Positions 35,210 to 46,500 of a stretch of 64,000 nucleotides of DNA are shown piece by piece; position 1 is the stretch's first letter, and each line of letters opens with the position of its first letter. The DNA comes from Salisapilia sapeloensis CBS 127946 (Eukaryota; Protista; Oomycota). The position numbers were made by a program, and so were the translations under genes. The DNA lies in NCBI GenBank assembly GCA_023334545.1, contig JAADVB010000044.1, positions 33,102-97,101 of the forward strand. The letters run 5' to 3'. The notes beneath the pieces were generated by a model that was given only the letters and a program-made list of their open reading frames with translations, did no database searches and was not told the origin of the DNA.

Positions 35210-38200
35210 CTACTTGCGGTTCTTCCTCCGCTTGCCTACGCTGTTGCTGTAGTGCGCCACTGCCGACCGCTTGTTGCGCTTTGCCATGAGCTTCGGGTCC
35301 AACGGAATGTACGCATAAGGCTCGAGCTTGCCCTTCTTCTTCATATCACCAGACGCCTTCTTCGATCGGAACTCCTTGCCGAGCTCAGACTGGTCGTCCT
35401 TGCCACGCTTACGCTTGTTGTTACCGTTCTGTCCGAGTCCCATCTTCTCGAGCTGGGCAGCAACATCTCCCTTGACCTTGGCATCGTCTTCTTCATCCTC
35501 CTCATCTTCCATCTCCTGATCATCTCCTGGGATGATCATACGTCCATCCTTGGCAGTTTGCAGCTCTCCCATGTCATCGTCACTCGAGTCGTCATGGTCG
35601 CCAGCGGTGTGGATGTTGCGCACAGCGGCATTCGTGTCGAGGAAGTCGACGATGTCGTCGTCGTTCTCCTGGATGACCTTGCCTTTGCTGTGCAGTCTCT
35701 CCTTTTGTCGCTTCAAAGCTTGCTTCACATCTTCCTCGTCGCCTTCGTCATCCGAATCGGCCATGAAGTCTTCGAACGAGTCGCCCTTCTTATGCTGTTC
35801 ACGTGCCTCAGCCTTCTTCTTCGCTTCACGCTCCTTGGTCTTCTTAATGTGCTTAATAAGAGCACGGTCATCCGCCGGCACAAGTTCTGCCACTTCTTCG
35901 TAGCTGAACTTGCGGCACAGCTTGCTCAGAATGACACGCGTCTTTGCTCGGAAACGATTTTTGCTCTCTCCAACCCACACGAGCAGTCCATTCACCATGT
36001 CTGGTAAGAAAGCACGAAGCTCCTTGACAGGTAGGAGTGCGATCCCGAGCTTCATGAAGCCAATGACACTCTTAATGACTTCACGTGCCTTTTCATGCAG
36101 CAACATGAGGACGGTCTTCAAGAGCTGTGGCATCATGTTGCGAATGACCTGAGCGTCTAGCTCCGATTCCGATCGTCCGTACTCGAATACGAGACGACTG
36201 AGGCAGATGACGGAAGCACTACGCATGTGTGGCGTACGTGCAGCGAGACCACCGAGCACCATTTGCATGTACTCGGACAGACCACTCTCCGGCTTTTGGA
36301 TACGCATGAGCTCAGCCATGGCTAGAAGGAGACCAAAGGCAGCTTCACGAGCTTTGCCGTTAGCTTCCTTCGTGCACAGCATCACTTCACCCACGAGGTT
36401 GGGTACTAACTCATCGATGTTCACATCGTTCACGGACTGGAGGGCTGTGATCAAGTGCACGAGGCAGCGTAGACGCATCTTCTTGGCTGGTACAGAGCAA
36501 GTGAGCAACGAAGCACAGACGGCCTCCGTCATGTCCGTCAAGTTCTCTTGCTGGCCGAGGAAGGATGGGTGGGTGTCGCAGATGGCAACAAGTGCTGCAT
36601 ACGAGCGCTTCTGCATGCCAGCGTCACGATCATCCACGAGGTATGGCTTAATGACACGGTACAGTAAGCTCACACTGGCCTCATCCATGTGCTCGAGCAA
36701 AGCCACTGCCAAGTTCAATTGTGTGTGGGCACTACGAAGGTGAGAGGCGTCCTTTTCAGCTTCCGTTGCATCCTGCAAGAGCTTCTGGACGATCTTTTTG
36801 AACATCGAAGACACGAAGGCAGACTCCGCGAGAGACGCAAAGCCTTCGATCGTGTCCAAAAGGACTTTGGCACTGTCCGCTTGCTTTTCCGGATCAATCT
36901 CCTCTACGTACGAAGTGAGAAGAGGAAGGTAACGGCTGGCGTACTTTGACAGTGCAGCACGATCACGCTGGAGTTTGGCTTCATCCTCGATAGCGTTGTC
37001 AGTCGTGTCGTCATCTTCGTCCTCATCTTCGTGACCACGCGAGACGGACTTTGTGCGCTTCACAAGTGCCTGGAGTCCACGACAGACGATCAGTCGGAGC
37101 TCTGGGTATCGCTGGTCAGCCATGGCGTTTGCCAACAGCTTGGCAATGGACTTGAAGCTCTCGTCAATGTCCTCTGCGTGCATGCAGACGCTGGGGAACA
37201 AGGCCCAGAGCTGCATGGACAAGGCTTGCAGACGCTTTGCCTCGAGCGGAGATGTGCTCTCATGACGAGACTTGGACTCGCAGTCTTTCGCGAGTGGTAG
37301 CACGTGTTTGATGAAGAAGGACAAGCGTGTAGATGGTGCGTCCTTTAAAGCGTCACGGAGAACAGGTAGTAGCCATCTCTTCTTTTCACTAACGACATCT
37401 TGCGGATGGGAAAGAGAGATGAGGGAAAGGAACGTTTCCGGTCCAATAGCCACGACGGCGGAGCTTACGACTTGCTCAAAGAGTTTCTCCCAGTCGCTTG
37501 CACTGCTATTACCCGTCTGTGGCATTTGCTCGGACGTTTCGTGGAGTTCACAGGCAGTGACGATGATATTGTCAAGCGCAGGGTGACTTGCTTCCTGGTA
37601 GACCGAGAAGAGGTCCGCTAGCATGGAGAAGACCTGGTTCCAAGCACCTTGGAAACGAAGCGACATGAGACTCTGGAGAGACGTGAGCACTCGATTGATA
37701 TCCGTTGTGGCGTGTTGGGATTGCAACATGTCTGGCGGAAGACACTCGGACAAGAGCGACAGCAAGCTGGCGCATGCTTGCTTGTGAACACGCTTCTGTT
37801 CATTCTCGAGATGAGCACAGATGCTACCGACGACACGAGGTAGTAGCGAGCGCGATGTGGAAGCATCCGAGAGATGGACGCGTGTGAGGCATGATGACAA
37901 GATGCGAACGACCGAAATGGCGACTGGAGCGTCGTGAACTGTGGGCTTGTCAGCGTTCAGCACGCCGTTCAAGATAGCCATGGATGTTTTCAAAGGGAAA
38001 TCGGCATGCTCAGACGTTGTGACGGCCTGCAGTGCATCATATGTGACGACGCGTAGCGTGGGCGCGGACGCATCGAGGTACTTTAGTAGCTTGTCTACCA
38101 GTGATCCGATGACCTTGGCGTGAAGCAACGGTAGTGCCGACTTTAAGAAGGCAATGAAGAGGACTAGTCTGCTCTCGTCCTTGCCTGTAGCCGAGTCCAA

Positions 38201-38855
38201 GACGCTGGACGCAAAGGACGCAATGTGCTTGGACAGCGCATCCGGACGGTTGGCTGTCTCGGTAACATGCTCCGACAGGATGTCCGTCGTCCACTTCTGA
38301 CCGACTTTGCGGACCTTTGGACGACTGTCAGTGGCTAGTGAGAGTAACAACGTGAAGGCACGTAGGACTTCTGGTCGAGACCAGACGTCGTTGGATGGTT
38401 CCAACGCCATGAGCGTTTGACCAAGGCACGAACTGGCAGAGCGTAGTAGAGCATTGTCTCCTTCCGCTTCTTGAATGACGTTCATAAGAAGACTGGCAAT
38501 GTTGGAGAACTTGGAGCGCAAGACGGCAGGAGGTACGGATGGCAGCACCATTGATAGCAAGGTCGTGAGTTCCTGCTGGTGAGAGCCTGAAGCTGATTCG
38601 AGTGCCGTCATGAGTGCTGCAAAGTACTCTGTGGGCGTAATAGCACGAGTGTCGCGAGCATTTGCGCCTGCACCTTTGCCTCGCTGTTCGAAAATCACAT
38701 CGGTGATGGCACTGAGCACAACATTGAGCTATTATAGATAGAATTAGAAGCTGCAATGCATAGCAAGTAGACACAAGATCTGGAGCAAGTACCTTGGCTT
38801 TCTGAGGATGGTTGCCACCGGCGTGGCGGCGTAGTTCCGCATACGGGTCGGCCAT
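35210..38855 (-). CDS. RRP12: RRP12-like ribosome biogenesis HEAT protein (NUC173)
   Basis: First exon MADPYAELRR...KAK spliced to LNVVLSAITDVI; TPTEYFAALM, DSRPKVRK, EVMLCTKEANGKAREAAF, KKKGKLEPYAYIPL. Confidence 0.93.
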
Positions 38856-38987
38856 CGCGATGTCTCTCAAATGGCTGGATGGCCAACAGTTCCAGTATCA
38901 GATGAGTTACCTTCGCGCAACCTGATGTGAATAGATAACATAAGTCGGTGCCTCTACTCTCGTTGTTCACGTTCGGTAGACAATCCC

Positions 38988-40565
38988 ATGAACTCCCTAC
39001 CACTTGTACGAAGATGGCAGGTCATAGCAATGCTTATAGCCCTGCTATCGTTCCTCCAGGCCAGTCCTTTAGCACAGGAAGTGGCGAAACCAAGTTATCA
39101 GGCTCGACATGCAAATGACCCAGGACCACGGAGCCGTTTTGCCTACGTAACGGTCCATTACGAAGGCACATCGCGTGATCCAGAGTATGTGTTGGGTATC
39201 CAAGTGTTGATTCAGAGCCTACGGTTGTCTGGAACGCCACATGATGTGGTCGTGCTGGCGTCAGACTCGGTGTCTGCCGAATCCAAGCGGCGCTTTCGAT
39301 CCATGGGCTGCCGCGTCTTGGACGTCAGCAATATCGCCAATCCGTTCGTGGGCAATACGCTTGTGAACAAGAACTTTATCTTTACACTCAACAAATTGCA
39401 TGTGTGGAATTTGCTCGAGTACGAGCGCGTCGTGTATCTTGATGCAGATAACGTCGTAGTCCGCAATGCTGATGAACTCTTCTCTTGTGGTCGCTTCTGT
39501 GCTGTCTTTATGAATCCCTGTCATTTCCACACCGGACTTCTCGTCGTAACTCCAGACGCGAACGAGTACAATCGATTGCTTCAATCGCTTAATCACTCCC
39601 AATCGTTCGATGGAGCAGATCAAGGCTTTCTGTCGCACATGTACTCGCAAGCACTGCGCTCTGCCCCGCTCTTCAATCCGAATAAAATGCAGATACAGTC
39701 CAAGGACGAATTGCCGCCCGGTATGCGTCTACCAGTCGGCTACAATATCAACCACAAGTACTTTTACGAACAGTATCACTGGAAACTGTTTTATCTACAC
39801 CACTTTGCCTCCATGACGTCTCCCGTGAGTCCAGTGCTTGTGGTCGTAGAGTCTGCGAGACCCATCCCAGCACTCACGATCGGTTTCCCGATGGCTCCAG
39901 TGCTTAAGCCATGGTACTGGTGGGCTTGCTACTTTATGGACTTGCATACAGTCTGGCAAGACATTCGTGCAACGCTTCCGTTATCGCAGGAAAAATATGC
40001 CATCCAAGAGGCTGGGCGAACACTCCTACGGTTTTCCATAGCACTTGCAGTACTTACCGGTGTGCTCTACGCGTTCAAACTGACGCTGCCAATGCATCGC
40101 CTCCGAGAAAAATGTCAGAACATGGCTATGCGGAATAATAAGCGGACTCGGCGATACTATATGCTCTTCCGAGTTGCACTCGTGCTCATCACGATGCGGC
40201 TGGCTCCTGTTGGCGTCCACCCTCTAGCTCCTATTAGCTATGGGTACGCCCTGACGATCTTTATGGACGTCTTTTTGCTCATCTACGTTGCCTGTGTAAT
40301 CTCGAACTTTTGGTGTCCAGCGACACATATCAATATGCCACCTGTCCTCTATGTACACAAATTCTGGGGTTACGTTGGTGTGAGTGTCTTGGTCGACTGG
40401 TTCGTCGTCTGGGTCGCGTCCTGGTCGATCTTTCCAAATATCATCATACGGTTCATTTTCATGATCCTGTCACTCGTATTGTGTGGCATGTGGCAAGTTG
40501 CTTTCTTCCGACTAAGTCTTGATGCTGAGTACGGTGGTAAGAAAGAACGCTTGCGTAGTCTGTAG
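38988..40565 (+). CDS. GT8 glycosyltransferase, plant PGSIP7/8 (IPUT1-related) type with C-terminal TM helices
   Basis: Signal anchor, AYVTVHYEGTSRDPEY, TLNKLHVW, YLDAD (DxD), CAVFMNPCHFHTGL, DGADQGFL, then about 5 TM segments. Confidence 0.85.
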   Translation: MNSLPLVRRWQVIAMLIALLSFLQASPLAQEVAKPSYQARHANDPGPRSRFAYVTVHYEGTSRDPEYVLGIQVLIQSLRLSGTPHDVVVLASDSVSAESKRRFRSMGCRVLDVSNIANPFVGNTLVNKNFIFTLNKLHVWNLLEYERVVYLDADNVVVRNADELFSCGRFCAVFMNPCHFHTGLLVVTPDANEYNRLLQSLNHSQSFDGADQGFLSHMYSQALRSAPLFNPNKMQIQSKDELPPGMRLPVGYNINHKYFYEQYHWKLFYLHHFASMTSPVSPVLVVVESARPIPALTIGFPMAPVLKPWYWWACYFMDLHTVWQDIRATLPLSQEKYAIQEAGRTLLRFSIALAVLTGVLYAFKLTLPMHRLREKCQNMAMRNNKRTRRYYMLFRVALVLITMRLAPVGVHPLAPISYGYALTIFMDVFLLIYVACVISNFWCPATHINMPPVLYVHKFWGYVGVSVLVDWFVVWVASWSIFPNIIIRFIFMILSLVLCGMWQVAFFRLSLDAEYGGKKERLRSL

Positions 40566-40635
40566 GCAAAGGGAGAGCAAGTAAAGGAGAAAATAGAATA
40601 GTATTTATTTTCTCGCTGCGGTCACGCGCTTTTGT

Positions 40636-42550
40636 TCAACCTGGGACCGACCACACTCGATAAGTGCAGTCGGAGCCAGAGGAAGCTAGTAGACGGTCTT
40701 CTGCGTCAAACGCCACCGACTGTCAGTGAAGAAGAGTGTTAACTAGATAGGTGATATTGATATAAGAGTAAGGTTACCTGAACAGGTCCGTTGTGTGCCT
40801 TGAGCTCTGATATCAACTCTTGGCTCTGTACGTCAAAGAGTTTGATACTTCCATCATCGCTTGCCGCAGCGATTACTTGTCCACTACGGTCGAACGTGAG
40901 GCTGTTCAGTGGATGTTGGCCTCCGTCCATCGTAGTTCTCTCAGCCACCATGCGTACATCCCACACTTTGACAACGCCATCCGCATCACAGGTTGCCAAT
41001 GCATCGCCTGTTAGAGTAAATCGCACGTTATTGCATGCATTTTGATGCCCGTAAAAGGTTTGAACGCATAGTCCCGATCGTAGATCCCAAATGGATACCG
41101 TCTTATCTCCTGATGCTGATGCAAAGTTGGCGGTGAAAGGCTGGAAAGCGACGCTGTTGACCGAGTCTACGTGTCCACGGAACGTCTTGCGTACTCGTCC
41201 GGTCTTCAAGTCCCACAGCTTACAAGTGTGATCCATGGATGCACTGATGAGAAAGTCTCCTTCATGGTGGAACGCAGTTTCCCAGACCGGATGCGCGTGG
41301 TCACTCATCGTGAGACAGCAGGAAGCACCGACAAAGTCCCACATTTTAATCGAGTTATCACCAGAAGCTGTTGCCAAGTGCGTCCCTTTTGGATGGAACT
41401 GCACATCAGCAATCCAGCTACGATGTCCTTCTCCGCTCATCACAAGTTCACATTGAGGAAGTGACCAGAGTTTCCACGTCTGGTCATCGGATGCTGTCGC
41501 CAATAGCGAATTCTTCGGATGGAATGCGACGTTGGCAATTGAGTTCGTGTGTGCCTGGCATGTCTTGGACAGCTCCATTCGTTGTGCATCTACCCGATCG
41601 AACTGCTTGTCCAAATAAGGATTCGTGCTTGCTTCAGCTGGTAACCTCGTGTCTGAAGCTGCTGAGATGGCACTCGCCGTTGGAGACGAACCTTTGCTCT
41701 TTTTCTTGTTGGATGCAGCTGATGAGGTGTTTATTTGAGCTTTGGCCTTTGCTTTTGCCCTCGTTGACGAATTCACGTGTGCAGGAGCGCCATCGATTGC
41801 AGCCAATTGCGTTTGCAGTGCCTCCGCCTTGGCCACTTGTCGATCGCGTTCCAGTCGCATGAGCATCTTTTCTTTCATGGCTGACTCGTACTTGGCCTTG
41901 AGTTCCTGTAGCAAAGGCTCGTACGCTGTCACGTGCTTCTCCAGCCTTCGAATCTTGGTCAGTAACGTCTCCTTCTCCTGCTGAACACGAAGGTGATGCA
42001 TCTTGTGTGTATCACGCTGCTGTCGAAACTTGTCCCAAGTTCCCTTTGCCTTCTCTGTCAACGACCGTGCGACCTCAAGCTGTTGCTGTAGCTCCTGTAC
42101 TTGTTGATTGAGTGCTTGATTAGCAGTGTAGATGTCCGGAACGACGCCAACTTCTTCCTTACGAAGTTTGCCCTTGGTATCAAGTTCTGCCCATTCCCGT
42201 TTGAACGTGTCTAACGTCTTGCTCATTCCGGTTTTAATCAAAAAGCCGCGCAAGAACTCATCGAGTGGAGGAGCTCGACCTTGAGACCGGAGACGAGGTA
42301 ATGTTGTCACCGACGTCTGGTTCGACTCACTCTTTTTAGGTCGATGAGCTTTTTCCTCGGAAGTCGAGTGAGAAGACGTAGCGACTTTGTCAAGCGTATG
42401 GAAGGCTGAGTCCAAGTCATCGTCGTCATCGTCGTCATCTAGTCCAAGTGCAGCACTATCAATCGCGTTGTACTCAAAGTCTTCATCATCGTCATCATCG
42501 GACAACTCAACCCTTTCCAATTGCACCAGTTCCTCCGTCGCTTGTGCCAT
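40636..42550 (-). CDS. SPAG16: Flagellar central-apparatus WD40 protein PF20/SPAG16
   Basis: LDEFLRGFLIKTGMSKTLDTFKREW, coiled coil KFRQQRDTHKMHHLRVQQEK, 7 WD40 repeats; last intron from 40777; final exon SVAFDAEDRLLASSGSDCTYRVW. Confidence 0.92.
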
Positions 42551-42688
42551 CTTTTATCAATCGGAGTTTCATACACATATAACATATTTATATCCGCAAG
42601 ACGCAAAAGCTCAGGTTGATTTTAAAAATAGGAGATCAAAAGTATCTTGTTATTTCCCAAACTTCCGTATCTAATGGTAAGATCAGGT

Positions 42689-43132
42689 TTAGACGGAGTG
42701 GCTGAATTGAGCGTCCTGCTTGCACTGGTTGAACTGGTCCAAGTAGAACTGGCACGAACTGATGTCGTTCATGTTGTTGTTCAGGCACTCGAGGAACTGC
42801 TTCTGATCGGTCACGCACATCTCTTCCGGGTTGCGCTGGGCAGGCTGCTGCTGCTGCTGCTGGGCCGGTTGAGCCTCCTCAGTCGGAGCGGCTTCGCTGC
42901 TTCCACCAAACGAGCCGGCAACGGCACCGACAGCGCGGTGGGCAATGGCACTACCAGTACCGAAGGCCATACCTTGGGCAATGGTGCCCATCAGACCACT
43001 GCCCATGCTTTCTTGACGAGCAGGCTGGGCAGGCGGGGCAGCACTCTGCTTAGGAGCAGGGGCAGGTGCCTTCTTTCGCTGCGGCGGTGCAGGCGCAGCA
43101 CGACGGTTTCCTCCTCCACGAGAACGTCCCAT
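42689..43132 (-). CDS. CHCHD2: CHCH-domain mitochondrial protein (CHCHD2/CHCHD10/Mix17 family)
   Basis: GLMGTIAQGMAFGTGSAIAHRAVG and twin CX9C motif. Confidence 0.93.
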   Translation of the reverse strand: MGRSRGGGNRRAAPAPPQRKKAPAPAPKQSAAPPAQPARQESMGSGLMGTIAQGMAFGTGSAIAHRAVGAVAGSFGGSSEAAPTEEAQPAQQQQQQPAQRNPEEMCVTDQKQFLECLNNNMNDISSCQFYLDQFNQCKQDAQFSHSV

Positions 43133-43304
43133 TTCGACTTGTTTTCTTGCTAGATTCTTGTGTTGTGTCTGGTGGTCCAGTGGCAGTATACGTTATTATA
43201 GTCAACTCGTGTCCTTCGAGAATGTATACAGACCTTCTAAAAATAGTATAGATTCTCAGAATATTAGGTTCGTCAGCTGCAGAATGTTGGTGAATCCATT
43301 TCAA

Positions 43305-43388
43305 CCAATTGACGCGACTTGAAATGAATGAAATGTTAAATGTTAAGCTATTCCCGCCGAATGTGTTGAAATTTCAAAAAAGCCGCGA
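43305..43388. promoter_or_regulatory. CCAAT box, E2F-like site and CDE/CHR-like element in the CHCHD2/cyclin bidirectional promoter
   Basis: CCAAT 43305-43309; TTCCCGCC 43351-43358; minus strand TCGCGG-CTTT-TTTGAA at 43388-43373. Confidence 0.35.
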
Positions 43389-43488
43389 GATATCGCTTGG
43401 AAGCTGCTGGCGACGGCGCTTTACTCGTTCCTTTGGTCTCTCCTGTCTGTCTGTTTGGTTTCAGAGACGTACGTACTATCGATAGGAA

Positions 43489-44950
43489 ATGTCTACGCGA
43501 TCCAATGACGAGAATACGGCCCCAATCGCACGGTCCAGTCGTCCAACGCGCGCAGTACGTCGACTTTCTATTTTTTATTAGCCAAGGTCCTCGTGCTCAA
43601 TTGACTGCATGGCTCGTGCTCTATCTATATAGGGGAGGTCAGTGTTGAAAGAAGTGGGTAATGACAGCACACGTGCGGAAAAGCGTCCTCGAGCCAGCCA
43701 TTCTCGCGCCACCACTGCCTCAAAGGCAACGTCAGCCCGTCGGCCAGCGCTTGGAGAGATCAGCAATAAGCAGTACCTAAAGGTATGTGCTATCCGAGAT
43801 GTTTCTGCATCAGTAAGATCTTAATTAATATATTATAGAAGAATGATGGGAAGGAGCCAGAGACGAAACGAGCGAAAGTTGCCCATGCATCGACCTCATC
43901 TGTGACTATCGTCGCTCGTGAAGAGAAATTTTTGGATCAAAAGGAGAAAGCGACGAAACTTCGTCATAAGAAACCTTCCAAGGATACTACGAGACGTGAA
44001 GTCCCGGAGGAACATGATGTCGACTCGGCGCTCAAGGAAGAAAAGTATGTCTGGCAGTACGCATATGATGTGGCTCAATACCATCTCGAAGCAGAGGTAC
44101 ATCGCTCTAGTATTTCATATATGATTATAGATATTTATACACTTGTCGAGTAGAAAGAGAGAAAGCCTAGTTCATCCTACATGTCTCGACAGCAAGATAT
44201 AAACTCACGCATGCGTGGGATTCTCGTGGATTGGCTCGTTGACGTTCATGCAAAGTACAACTTGAAGCCTCTCACGCTGCACATTGCCATCCCATTGCTC
44301 GATCAGTACTTGGAGAAAACTTTGGACGTTGCTCGGGATCGATTGCAACTTGTCGGTATCGCCGCCATGTTCATTGCTTCAAAATATGAAGAGATCTATC
44401 CACCCGAGTCGGATGACTTTGTCCGTATTACGGACAATGCGTACTCTCGAGATGAACTTTTCGAGATGGAGAAGAACTTACTCGCTAGCATCAGCTTCCG
44501 TGTGTCGTTCCCGACCTCGTATCACTTTGTACAAAGATTTTTGAAAGCTTCACGTACGGAGAATGAACAGGTGAAGCACATGGCACACTACATCGTGGAT
44601 CGGAGTCTCCAGAACTACCGCATGCTCCGCTTCATGCCGTCCATGATTGCAGCTTCGGCCGTACACATCGCCAAGAGCCAATTGGAAGAGCCTGCATGGG
44701 TAACTAGTCTCTCTTACAAGGATAGATACAGCGATAGTAATCATCGAGATAGGACGCGACGCTCGAGTTCCACTCGACGTACAGTGAAAAGGACTTGAAG
44801 GAATGCCTTCGATGTCTTCGAGAGATCCTTTTGCCGGATCCGACCAAGTCGAGTAAATCGAGCAGCCAGCTGTCGGCCGTGGCGAGAAAGTTTGCCAAGA
44901 CCAAGTATCGGTCCGTGTCCAAGCACAAGTTTGCGTTTGCTAGTGTGTAG
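43489..44950 (+). CDS. CCNB: Mitotic (A/B-type) cyclin, multi-exon
   Basis: Two D-boxes RSVLKEVGN and RPALGEISN; cyclin box MRGILVDWLVDVH, LQLVGIAAMFIASKYEEIYPP, TDNAYSRDE. Confidence 0.92.
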
Positions 44951-45022
44951 GAAAGGTCTTTGGTTTCGCTGTATTTTGCAGAGATCAACAAGTCTCTTGA
45001 GAAAAAAAGATTGCTTTATTGT

Positions 45023-46381
45023 CTAGTCCACATCCGGGTCCTCAAGTTCCTCTTCATCGCTACTGACGTCCAGCAAGTCCATCTCCTTGGCCAGCTTGGA
45101 AGCCGCCTCGTCGGACACCACTTCTTCCCCTGTTGATATCTCTGTAATCGGTTCTTCTGTCGATGCCGCCGTCGTACTTGCAACTGCTGCTGCTGAGGTG
45201 GTCTGGGCTGCTGGAGGTGGCGTAGAAGTAGAGGTAGAGGCAGTCGATGGAGCTGGTGTCGTAGCTCCAGACGTCTGTCCATCATCTGCAAACGCCTCCG
45301 ATCGGATGGAATCCCAATCCGGTCCTTCGCCCTCTTCATCTCGAATGAGTAGATCAACAAGCTTGTAGATATTCTCTCCGATCTCTTCATCGGACTCGAC
45401 CAAGTGTGCGTTTCGGATGATCGGATAGACCTTCTTACGGCGTAGATTGGTTCGACCGCTGCGAGTTGTGCAGAGCAGCAAGAGACTATCCACAGCTGCT
45501 TTACGTACTTCTGCATCGATTTCACGCTTTTTCTTGCCACCTAAGCGATAGATGCTTGGATCCATACCGTCCTTTTCATCTTCTTCTAGCGGCTCAGGAC
45601 CTGCTAGCAAGTATTGGAGCTGAGTTACAATGTCCAATTGGTCATACAGGTAGAAGTGGTTCTCCGAGTTAAAGCACAGGTTGCGAATGGCAGCGAGCAC
45701 ACCTCGTCGACGAACGACATTGGGAGAGCGCATTTGTGCCACGAGCTCCGCGACGAGCGTCTTGCGCTCAGTACCGTGCTGTCGAAGCAGGAAAGCACGA
45801 CCTTCCTCCACTTGCGTGATATTGGATAAAATATTGGCGACGTACTGGTACTCGTCATCCCACTTTGGTTCGCCCGTGCGTTCATCGGCGCCTTCCGGCT
45901 CCGGCTCCGTGGCTAGGAAGTGGTTGGTCAATGTCCGCATCTTGTACTCGCGCACTTCAGCGCTTTCAGATGCATCGGACTTTTCATCAGTGCCAAGTAG
46001 GATGCGGCATCCGTCGGCAACGGTCGTAGTGTTTGCCAGTAGCATCATGGACAGGTCCTTGAGCTGCCATTCAGGGTCCTGCGTTTGATTGAGAACGCGA
46101 GAGATGACATCGAATTGGAGCGCACGCTCGCCTGCAACTGGGTTCGCTGCCGTCAGATTAATAAGTGCTTTAATAGCATCTTCAGCAACAGGTCGCAAGT
46201 CGCTGACCATGCGACATAAGCCTTTGACAGCATCCCAATTTCGCACATTCAAAAGCTGATGGATGCCAGCGTCCGAAGCAGTCAATTGCACGAGTAAGCT
46301 CGATGCAGATTTTCGCACCTCTGGTCGTGGGTGAGATAGGAAAGAGACAAGCTCTTCCAGCGATTGTGTTTCGTCCGACAT
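45023..46381 (-). CDS. HGH1: HGH1 (FAM203) eEF2 chaperone
   Basis: LEELVSFLSHPRPEVR, RRRGVLAAIRNLCF, LLAGPEPLEEDEKDGM, DSLLLLCTTRSGRTNLRRKKVYPIIRNAH. Confidence 0.9.
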   Translation of the reverse strand: MSDETQSLEELVSFLSHPRPEVRKSASSLLVQLTASDAGIHQLLNVRNWDAVKGLCRMVSDLRPVAEDAIKALINLTAANPVAGERALQFDVISRVLNQTQDPEWQLKDLSMMLLANTTTVADGCRILLGTDEKSDASESAEVREYKMRTLTNHFLATEPEPEGADERTGEPKWDDEYQYVANILSNITQVEEGRAFLLRQHGTERKTLVAELVAQMRSPNVVRRRGVLAAIRNLCFNSENHFYLYDQLDIVTQLQYLLAGPEPLEEDEKDGMDPSIYRLGGKKKREIDAEVRKAAVDSLLLLCTTRSGRTNLRRKKVYPIIRNAHLVESDEEIGENIYKLVDLLIRDEEGEGPDWDSIRSEAFADDGQTSGATTPAPSTASTSTSTPPPAAQTTSAAAVASTTAASTEEPITEISTGEEVVSDEAASKLAKEMDLLDVSSDEEELEDPDVD

Positions 46382-46500
46382 ACTGGAGGAAGTAGCTCGA
46401 GAAGTGATTTGCAAAGTACTTTGTCCGAGGTCGTTGTTGGCTGTGAAGCCATTTATTCAGATTACGTGATCAATCCTTGACTAGTATCTCTGCGATCGGA

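Noticed and set aside
27480-43316. Identical 10-mer AATTGACGCG in two bidirectional promoters (27480-27489 and 43307-43316)
   Set aside because: Only two copies of a 10-mer; cannot be distinguished from chance without genome-wide counts
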